9,345 nt of DNA from assembly GCF_006345805.1 (NCBI RefSeq), contig NW_021827983.1, positions 1 to 9,345 on the forward strand, in the 5' to 3' direction. The position numbers were made by a program, and so were the translations under genes. Source of the DNA: Octopus sinensis. Its lineage: Eukaryota. Below the pieces are notes generated by a model. It saw only the letters and a list, made by a program, of their open reading frames with translations. It ran no database searches and had not been told where the DNA came from. Positions 1-7,269 of this stretch are shown here, piece by piece (position 1 is the first letter of the stretch; every line of letters starts with the position of its first letter).

Positions 1-72
1 TAATAAATGCCAAAACGAATTTCTGTGTCTCACAATTCAATGACACTTCTGCTATTCCTCAAGTTTGGGTGA

Positions 73-198
73 GAGTAGTAATAGACATAGAGACGGTGAA
101 GGCAGTAGTAGTTTGACGGTTATGATGGTAATGAGTGATAGTAATAGTATGAGCTGCAGTTGTGATAGAGGTGGAGGCGACGGTGGTGGTGGTGGTGT
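73..198. repeat. Degenerate trinucleotide low-complexity tract (GTA/GAT/GGT) ending in (GGT)5
   Basis: Repeated gta/gat/ggt triplets; perfect (GGT)5 at 182-196. Confidence 0.6.
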
Positions 199-679
199 GT
201 AAAAATAAGCTCCAAGGATCAAGGTGTAGGAAGTGAGTAAGATTTGAGCAGTCAGTAGAAGGTGTAAAAATAAACTTTCAGGAACAATAATGGTTTGTTG
301 ACGTAGAGAGGTTCTAAATTTTTTCCCGTATCGAAGTTCGATAAGCGGAAAAAATGGTTTTATGGCTTATGGTTAGCAGCAGGTGTTGTTGTGTATGCGA
401 ATAAAAATTCAAAATTAGGGAAAAGATTAAAGAAAATCCAGGTGACATATGTTTCCTAGCCAGCAGAACCTCAGAAATAGTAATTGCCCAAACGAAGGGT
501 AATCCGCTAGCTACTCCTCGGGGCCAAAGATCCCTTAAGCAAATGAAGTTTACATTGTCGTCAAAGGATTCCGTGTTGACTCGTAGGAGATTCGATGGAA
601 AACGCGTAGAAACAACGGAAGTTGAGAAGAAACGGGAAAGCGTGTTACAGAAGAAATAATATGTGGGAGTAAGTGTATG

Positions 680-705
680 TATATATATATATATATATAT
701 ATATA
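680..705. repeat. (TA)13 microsatellite abutting the 3' end of SINE family-1 copy A
   Basis: Direct reading of the sequence. Confidence 0.95.
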
Positions 706-707
706 AA

Positions 708-931
708 TCTTTTACCGTTTATAGTTTAGTTGATTCAATCTCTAGAATGCGGCCGTATTGGGCAACAGCTCGAAGAATTTTTAGCTGAATGAATCGATTC
801 CGGTACCTGTTTTTTAAGCCTGGTAATTATTCTATCGGTCGCTTTCGCATGGACGGAAACACACCAACAGCGATTGCCACGCGGTGGTGCGAAGCAAACA
901 GAGACACGAAGTACACAGACAGATGATAGAT

Positions 932-982
<51 letters not shown>

Positions 983-986
983 TAGG

Positions 987-1060
<74 letters not shown>

Positions 1061-1211
1061 CGGCAGGCTCCCTTCAGTTTCCGTCTGCCAAACCCACTCA
1101 CATGAATTTGGTTGGCTCGAGGTTACGGAAGATGCTTGCCTAAGATGCCACGTAGTGGGACTGAACCCGGAATCATGTAGTTGAGAAGCGACTATGCAAC
1201 CATGCCTGCAT
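708..1211 (-). mobile_element. tRNA-derived CORE-like SINE (family 1, copy A): head + internal microsatellite + 3' module
   Basis: Minus-strand B-box GGTTCAGTCCC (1157-1167). Head 1061-1211 aligns by eye to 5886-6030 and 6859-7006 (shared ttcagtttccgtc..ccaaa..cactca). 3' module 708-~920 aligns to 5177-5340 and, inverted, to 6585-6770 (acttattctat-, acacaccaaca, terminal GTAAAAGA). Confidence 0.85.
934..1060. repeat. Compound (TA)n(GA)n(GATA)20 microsatellite inside SINE copy A
   Basis: GATA units span 981-1060 with one GGTA variant at 985-988. Confidence 0.95.
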
Positions 1212-1315
1212 GGGATCCCTTGACCACAATGCACCCTTCATTTGACTATGGTACCTTTGGCCGTAAGAGTTACCACGTGAGTACTCTATTTTATATAATA
1301 TATGTCTATATTTGA

Positions 1316-1386
1316 GTGTGCATGCGTGTGTGTGTGCGTGTGTGCGTGTGTGCGTGTGTGTGCGTGTGTGTGTGTGTGTGTGTGTG
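1316..1386. repeat. (TG)n/(TGCG) microsatellite
   Basis: Direct reading. Confidence 0.95.
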
Positions 1387-1556
1387 CATGAAACAAAAGA
1401 TTTTAACATCTCTCCATTGAGATGAGTGGACAGCTTGGAAGACAAAATAGATAAATGCTCTTTATGACCCACTTCAACCATTTATTAAACTACTTTTCTC
1501 TTTTAACTTTACTTGCACCGATGTCTGCACCAGAAGGCGCGCCCTGCTATCATTCA

Positions 1557-1602
1557 TGTGCGTGTGCGTGTGTGTGCGTGTCTGTGTGTGTGTGCGTGTG
1601 TG
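1557..1602. repeat. Interrupted (TG)n microsatellite
   Basis: Direct reading. Confidence 0.9.
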
Positions 1603-1766
1603 TACCCAATTTACATATTTATGTTGAGATATGACTAAAGAATATAAACATATTGTCGTTATATGTGTCAACAAAGGTGGGTTAGTTTCTCTCTTTGATG
1701 AAAACTGTTGTTTTATGTTGTATTTTGAAGTATAAGAATGGCTTACATCCAGATATCTGCGGTTGA

Positions 1767-1910
1767 ACACACACATACACACACACATATATACCTATAG
1801 CTATACGCATCCACACGTGCATACATATATATATATAAGTATGTATATTTCTCTGAAAACATATGTGTTCGTGCACATCTTGAAACAATATATATATATA
1901 CGTGTGTATG

Positions 1911-1952
<42 letters not shown>

Positions 1953-2027
1953 TGTGTATATGTATATATATATGTATAAAGTATATATGTAAACGTACAT
2001 ATTGTACACATAAAAATTATGATTATG

Positions 2028-2061
<34 letters not shown>

Positions 2062-2264
2062 CATTTATGTATATACATACAACATATATATACAGTGTAT
2101 ATATATATATAGCTTGTGTATATATAATATGTATATATATTTATATATATATATACATATTATATATATATAGAGTGTATGTATATATATATATACATAT
2201 ATATAGAGAGATTGTATACATATATATATATGTGTGTGTGTGTAAATACGTATATGTTTGTGTG
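1767..2264. repeat. Compound, degenerate (CA)/(TA)/(TG) microsatellite field
   Basis: Mostly TA dinucleotide with CA/TG variants; source of the Y/I-rich ORFs in the track. Confidence 0.9.
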
Positions 2265-2452
2265 CGGTTCTTTTTTGTGTGCGTTCTGACGTGCTTGGCG
2301 TGCGTGCGCGTCTATTTGTTACGCGTGTGTACAACTGGTATCGAGGGAACAACACATTACTTTGATGAGGAACAGTCTCCAAACACATCACCGACCAATT
2401 CCGAAGGGAATGACACTTCAATCTTCACCTTCACTATAAAATGTACTCTTAT

Positions 2453-2551
2453 TCTCTCTCTGCCTCTCTATCTCTCTCTCTCTTTCTCTCACTCTCTCTC
2501 TCTCTGTCTCTTTATCTCACTCTCTCACTCTCTCTCTCTCTCTCTCACTCT
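2453..2551. repeat. Interrupted (CT)n microsatellite, followed by a pyrimidine-rich tract to ~2680
   Basis: Direct reading. Confidence 0.9.
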
Positions 2552-2728
2552 TTCCACACCCTACCTCCAACACAGTCCCGCCGTCCATCGAACCTGTCCC
2601 TTTCTTTTCCCTATTCTATTTTGCACCACGTCACACTATCCCCACTCCCTCCCCCAGTATCTCACCTCCGACCCTTCCTTAAAGAGAAATTTTTTTTTAA
2701 ATTCGAAACACCAACAAACAATATGTAA

Positions 2729-3004
2729 GTATATATATATGTGTGTGTGTATATATGTGTATATATATATATATATATGTGTGTGTGGGGGGGGTGTATA
2801 TATTATATATATACATATATATATACAAATATATATATGCATATATATACACACGCATATATATATATGTGTGTGTATGTACATACATTTATGTATATTT
2901 GTGTATATGTACTTATATATATATATATGTATATGTGTGTATACATATATACATAAATACTTACACACATGCACACATACATACACCCACATACATACAC
3001 ACAT

Positions 3005-3037
<33 letters not shown>

Positions 3038-3363
3038 TACATACATCTACTACATACATACACATACATACATACATACATACATACATACATACATACC
3101 AACTACATACATACATACATACATACATGCATACATACATACATACACACATACATACATACATACATACATACATAAACACACACACACACAAACAAAA
3201 ATACATACATACATACATACATACATACATACAACACATACATACATACATACATACATACTACATACACATACATACATACATACTACATACCTACATA
3301 CATACATACAACATACTACATACATACTACATACATACATACATACATACATACATACATACA
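2729..3363. repeat. Compound (TA)/(TG) tract grading into a long degenerate (CATA)n array
   Basis: TA/TG-rich to ~2950; CATA units dominate ~2977-3363; source of the HTYI and MYVC ORFs. Confidence 0.95.
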
Positions 3364-3404
3364 TCAGTGCACGCACTTCTTATTTATGTTAATTATTCTG
3401 ACAG

Positions 3405-3549
3405 ATCGGATCACGCCAGACCAGACGAGACCAACAGCGAACAAAGTGAACTCGCTGTCTCTTCACCCCGTCGCAGCAACCAGAGATGTGGCGAGCCTTG
3501 CAATGAAACCGCCAATGTGGTTATTGAGCTTGCTAGAAATAATAGCTAG
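3405..3549 (+). CDS. Possible terminal coding exon of an unidentified gene (SDHARPDETNSEQSELAVSSPRRSNQRCGEPCNETANVVIELARNNS*)
   Basis: T-rich tract plus CAG acceptor (cttcttatttatgttaattattctgacag, AG at 3403-3404). GC-richer complex sequence with a stop-free frame 3406-3549. No homology recognised. Confidence 0.2.
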
Positions 3550-3730
3550 ATTCTCCCCTATGAACCATCATTACTGATTTTTTTAAAAATATTGGTGGAT
3601 GTATTACATAGTGAATACATTTGATATTGTGTGTGGGGGGAGAGTATGTGTGTGGTGTCTCGATTTGCTAGGAATAGCTGGTCAGTGACCGTCATATCAC
3701 ATCAGGATCTCATAAAACTATATGCTAAAT

Positions 3731-3961
3731 GGCGGCGAGCTGGCAGAAACGTTAGCACGCCGGGCGACCTGCGTAGCCGTATTTCGTCTGTCGTTACGTT
3801 CCGAGTTCAAATTCCGCCGTGGTCGACTTTGCCTTTCATCCTTTCGGGGTCGATAAATTAAGTACCAGTTACGCACTGGGGTCGATGTAATCGACCTAAT
3901 CCCTTTGTCTGTCCTTGTTTGTCCCCTCTGTGTTTGGCCCCTTGTGGGTAGTAAAGAAATA
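3731..3961 (+). mobile_element. Full-length tRNA-derived SINE (family 2) with target-site duplication
   Basis: A-box-like TGGCAGAAACGT (3741-3752) and B-box AGTTCAAATTC (3804-3814). Central gtcgactttgcctttcatcctttcggggtcgataaattaagtacc resembles my recollection of the MetaSINE central domain. Perfect 15-bp direct repeat TATATGCTAAATGGC at 3719-3733 and 3962-3976. Homologous to 8420-8786 and 8795-8915. Confidence 0.92.
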
Positions 3962-3979
3962 TATATGCTAAATGGCATA

Positions 3980-4294
3980 CCGTATTTTCCGGCATAAAAG
4001 GCTCCCTCTGCACTTTATATACTGAAGCTCAGTCTTTGGGGAGACTTGGTTGGAGTTATTAACGATGGACACAACTAGTAACAGTGGAGATCAGAGTGTT
4101 GTAGCTTAGCCTACCATAATAGCATACCAAAGGGAGACAGGCTAAATGTTCATGGTTACTATACAGCTTGGTGGTTCGGGTTTAGCTGCAAGTTTCTTTT
4201 GATATTTTTTTTCTCTTCTTGTTTTCTTTTGACAAAATTGGTGGGGGGGGGGGCTCCTTATACGCTCGTGCGCTTTATATGCTCGAAAATACGG
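3980..4294. mobile_element. Non-autonomous Tc1/mariner/pogo-type DNA transposon (MITE), 315 bp
   Basis: TA dinucleotides at 3978-3979 and 4295-4296. Left TIR CCGTATTTTCCGGCATAAAAG versus reverse complement of right end CCGTATTTTCGAGCATATAAAG. Subterminal repeat ttata(c/t)gctcg present twice at ~4257-4285. Confidence 0.88.
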
Positions 4295-4429
4295 TATTTA
4301 ACAATGTAACTCTTCAGATGTAAAAAAAAACCCAGTTATTTGTTCACTGTTGGAAAATCCTGAAATTATGTTTCATCTATGTCGGGGGGGGGGTATGTAT
4401 GTACTTAGGTATGTAAGTACGCTCTCGTT

Positions 4430-4656
4430 CTCTTTTTAGTTTAGTGGAAATGTTGACCGTCAACCTACTTTTTTTGCCATCATCTTTTAATACTGCAGGT
4501 CTTGCAGATTCCTCAGCTCTTGCTTACCTCGCCGGCAACGTCCAGCAAAGCGTGAGCACCTTTCCTTGATAATGGTTGCGACAGGAAGGACATTTCTACA
4601 CAGCTGTTTCTTGGTGGGATGAGTTATCCGAGATATTCCAAAGACTTACCATCTAA
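4430..4656 (-). mobile_element. Degraded RTE-like LINE fragment, C-terminal to the RT domain
   Basis: Minus-strand 4621->4514 translates HPTKKQLCRNVLPVATIIKERCSRFAGRCRRGKQEL, matching the recalled RTE-type pattern HPTK.QLYG.LP.VS..I.ERRLRFAGHC.RSK.EL. The match left of 4514 is weak, so the left boundary is uncertain. Confidence 0.7.
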
Positions 4657-4888
4657 CAAGGATCCATCACCAACATTAGCGAGGATCCCATGAATCAAGT
4701 TGATGATTTCGCGTACCTCAGTCCTGAGATAGCCTCAACTGAAAAAGATATAAACACTGGGACATCTAAAATATGGTCGACCCTAAATAAACTGGTTGTT
4801 GTAAGGAAATCAACCTTGAGAGGACAATTTTCCGTGCAAGGGGCAAGATGGAACCCACATCCGAGTGTTCAGTGCAATCTTAAACGTA
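4657..4888 (+). mobile_element. Degraded RTE-like LINE fragment (end of RT/thumb region), frameshifted
   Basis: QGSITNISEDPMNQVDDFAYLSPEIASTEKDINTGTSKIWSTLNKLVVVRKSTL resembles ...QVDDFKYLGS.I.STEKDI..RI.KAW.ALNK...IWKS.L. After frameshifts come IFRA (~4827-4838) and DGTHIRVFSAILNV (4847-4888), resembling DGTYTRMLRAILNVSW. Confidence 0.8.
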
Positions 4889-5339
4889 AGAAAGAAAACA
4901 GAGAAAGTTAATTTGACGGCAAAAAAAAAGGAAGGAATACATAGAAGAAGAAATAGAGAGTGAAAAAATAGAGCGAAAGAAATAGAGAAGCTAAAAGACC
5001 AAGTCCACACGCTGACTAAAAGACCGATCAGCGTAAAGAATTAAATAAGTAAATAAATAAATGCACACCCTAAATAGTGAAATCTGTATAAAAAAATGCT
5101 CTATTACAGTCAATAGGTATAACTTATAGATTAGAATTTAGGAATTTCTGTGGTTAGAATAATGAAATATATTTTGTCTTTTCCTTGTGCTGGGGCATCA
5201 CGTTGACGAAGTTTGGTCGAACGAATCGACTGGCAGCATTTTAATTTTGATCCTGTTACTTATTCTATTGATCTCTTTTGCCAAACTGCAACGATACCGG
5301 GATGTAGACACACCAACACCGGTTGTCAATCAAGCGGGA

Positions 5340-5390
5340 ACACACACACGCACGCACGCACATACACACACACACACACACATACACATA
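5340..5390. repeat. (CA)n/(CACG) microsatellite
   Basis: Direct reading. Confidence 0.9.
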
Positions 5391-5708
5391 GTTGAAATTT
5401 ATAGCAAAACAAAAGAGGGAGACAGGCATATGAACAAGCAAGTGTATTAATTTGACGCTCGGGAAAATGAAAAAGTCTTTTATGTTTCGAGCCTATGCTC
5501 TTCAACAGAAAAGAATAAGAGAAAATAAACAGAGAGGGAATGAAAAAAAAAATCGTGGATTTAAGCGGTCCAGTTTGACCCTGACTAAACTTCCACCACT
5601 TTGGACTTGCATGTCTGAACCACTTCTCGAACTTTCAGCACTCCACCCGGATTACCACTAGTTCTACTGACACTACCTTCACGGATTTCACTGGATTTTT
5701 TTTCGTTG
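5391..5708 (-). mobile_element. Putative Penelope-like retroelement terminal-repeat fragment inserted in a microsatellite
   Basis: Complex sequence bounded by simple repeats on both sides, containing a minimal-hammerhead-like motif at 5475-5514. No PLE protein motif confidently seen. Confidence 0.45.
5475..5514 (-). ncRNA. Degenerate minimal (type I) hammerhead ribozyme-like motif
   Basis: Minus strand reads TCTTTT-CTGTTGA-A-GAGC-ATAG-GCTC-GAAA-CA-TA-AAAGAC. This gives a CUGNNGA core (A6->U), a perfect 4-bp helix II, GAAA, a minimal helix III, and helix I UUUU/AAAG. Confidence 0.45.
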
Positions 5709-5745
<37 letters not shown>

Positions 5746-5771
5746 TCATATATATATATATATATATATAT

Positions 5772-5819
<48 letters not shown>

Positions 5820-5839
5820 ATATATATATAACTGTGCGG

Positions 5840-5874
<35 letters not shown>
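5709..5874. repeat. Compound (TA)n(CA)n(TA)n microsatellite
   Basis: Direct reading; abuts the SINE copy B head. Confidence 0.95.
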
Positions 5875-5877
<3 letters not shown>

Positions 5878-6564
5878 CTTCACTTCGGGCTTTTTTCATT
5901 TTCCGTCAACCAAATCCACTCATAAGTCTTTGGTCGGCCCAGGGGACATAGAAGAACACACTTGCCCAAGTTTCCACGCAGTGGAGTTGAACGTGGCCCC
6001 ATGTGGTTGGGGAGCAAACTTCTTACCACAAATCAATTATTTACAAAGAATCAATCAGCTCAAGGTGAGAACCTCCCAAGAAAACAAAAACTGAACTAAG
6101 AAACCTATTCGTAAGTGGATGACGCTAACGTAGCAGCTATATTGACCAAACCGCACAGTACTGTTTTGAACGAATCATATAGATTGATATTGTAGCGGAC
6201 CAGAAAGATTTCATAAATTGTCTAGAGACTGAGAATTTTTAAGGTTAATAAGGAAATGTAAAAGAGCTTATAAGATCAATAACGATTAGAAAAGTTGTAA
6301 CACTAATCAGTGTTAAGAGAGTTTATAGGAAAAATACATTTTAAAGAAATCTAATAGTTTGGAGAGGATGATGCACTTGTGAAAAGGATATCCCAATACC
6401 TGAATTAGAATTGATGCTATTATGCAATATACAATATGCTACAGAATTTCCCCTTGAAGGTAAGGTAGGGTGGGCAACAGTAGTTTGATTAAGACCTGTT
6501 ACAACGATAATGTCGTTAGGATACGTGATGCTGCACAGATGAATCAAGAATCCTATTATGGATA

Positions 6565-6770
6565 TGTGTGTGTGTGTGTGTGTGCCTTTGTGTATGTATT
6601 TGTCGTCCCCATAACCTAGCGGTTCAGTAAAAGAGACGGAATGAAATTAGTATGAGGCTTTACAAAAAATTATAAGCATATAAGCATTGGAGTCGATAAA
6701 GTCGACTGCAATTCTTCAAAGCGATGACCCAGCATGGTCACGTAGTCTAATGTCTGAAGCAAGTAAAAGA
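6565..6770 (+). mobile_element. SINE family 1 3' module with leading (TG)n, no head upstream
   Basis: gtccccataacctagcggttcagtaaaagagac...gtcgataaagtcgac...cccagcatggtca...aagtaaaaga is the reverse-complement homologue of 5177-5340 and 708-920. Confidence 0.8.
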
Positions 6771-6771
6771 T

Positions 6772-6800
6772 TATATATGTATATATATAAGTATATATAT

Positions 6801-6858
<58 letters not shown>
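6772..6858. repeat. Interrupted (TA)n microsatellite
   Basis: Direct reading. Confidence 0.95.
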
Positions 6859-6859
<1 letters not shown>

Positions 6860-7006
6860 ACGGGCTTCTTTCAGTTTCCGTCTACCAAATACTCATAAAG
6901 CTTGGGAGTCCCGAGGCTATAATGCAAGACACTTGGCCCAAATGGAATGAAATAAGACTGAACCCGCTACCCTGTGGTTGGGGAGCAATCCTGTTAGCCC
7001 ACAGTC
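6859..7006 (-). mobile_element. SINE family 1 head (tRNA-like + CORE-like), copy C
   Basis: cgggcttctttcagtttccgtctaccaaat...aagacacttggcccaa...gactgaaccc...tgtggttgg matches 1061-1211 and 5886-6030; B-box remnant GGTTCAGTC on the minus strand. Confidence 0.85.
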
Positions 7007-7084
7007 AAAAATCTATGTATATACATATATGCATACATTTATAAGATCATACGTACACACGTGGATCAAAGTATATACACATAC

Positions 7085-7200
<116 letters not shown>

Positions 7201-7269
7201 GGATAGCTATACGGATGGACGGGTGGACGTACGCACGTAATACATGCAAACACACATACATACGTGCAT

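Larger units (their letters stand above)
5177..6030 (-). mobile_element. SINE family 1, copy B (head 5886-6030; 3' module 5177-5340), linker interrupted by a ~320-bp insert
   Basis: Head contains CTTGGGCAAGT on the minus strand (5960-5970), identical to the start of the MIR/CORE domain. 3' module ends in ACAAGGAAAAGA versus GCAAGTAAAAGA at 6759-6770. Assignment of both modules to one insertion is inferred from shared orientation. Confidence 0.75.

Noticed and set aside
1536-1759. Palindromes GGCGCGCC (1536-1543) and CAGATATCTG (1750-1759)
   Set aside because: Single short palindromes with no supporting context.
3731-3820. tRNA gene-like A/B boxes (also at 1157-1211, 5975-6030, 6950-7006)
   Set aside because: No complete cloverleaf; these are SINE heads followed by SINE bodies.
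4499-4551. Plus-strand 53-nt candidate exon with a strong acceptor and GTGAGC donor (GLADSSALAYLAGNVQQS)
   Set aside because: The opposite strand of the same bases is explained by an RTE-like LINE peptide. Exonisation of antisense LINE sequence is possible but unsupported without transcripts.
5540-5706. Possible GIY-YIG endonuclease C-terminus (ELSALHPD on +, LDRLNPRF on -) next to the hammerhead motif
   Set aside because: The resemblance to the PLE 'L.TL.P.GLN' pattern is too weak and the two hints lie on opposite strands.
6298-6315. Perfect 7-bp hairpin TAACACT-AATC-AGTGTTA
   Set aside because: Isolated, and of a size expected by chance in 9 kb of AT-rich DNA.
6445-6459. 15-nt frame-preserving microexon candidate (ctacAG|AATTTCCCCTTGAAG|GTAAGG)
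   Set aside because: The upstream tract is A-rich rather than pyrimidine-rich, and such site pairs arise by chance; needs RNA-seq.
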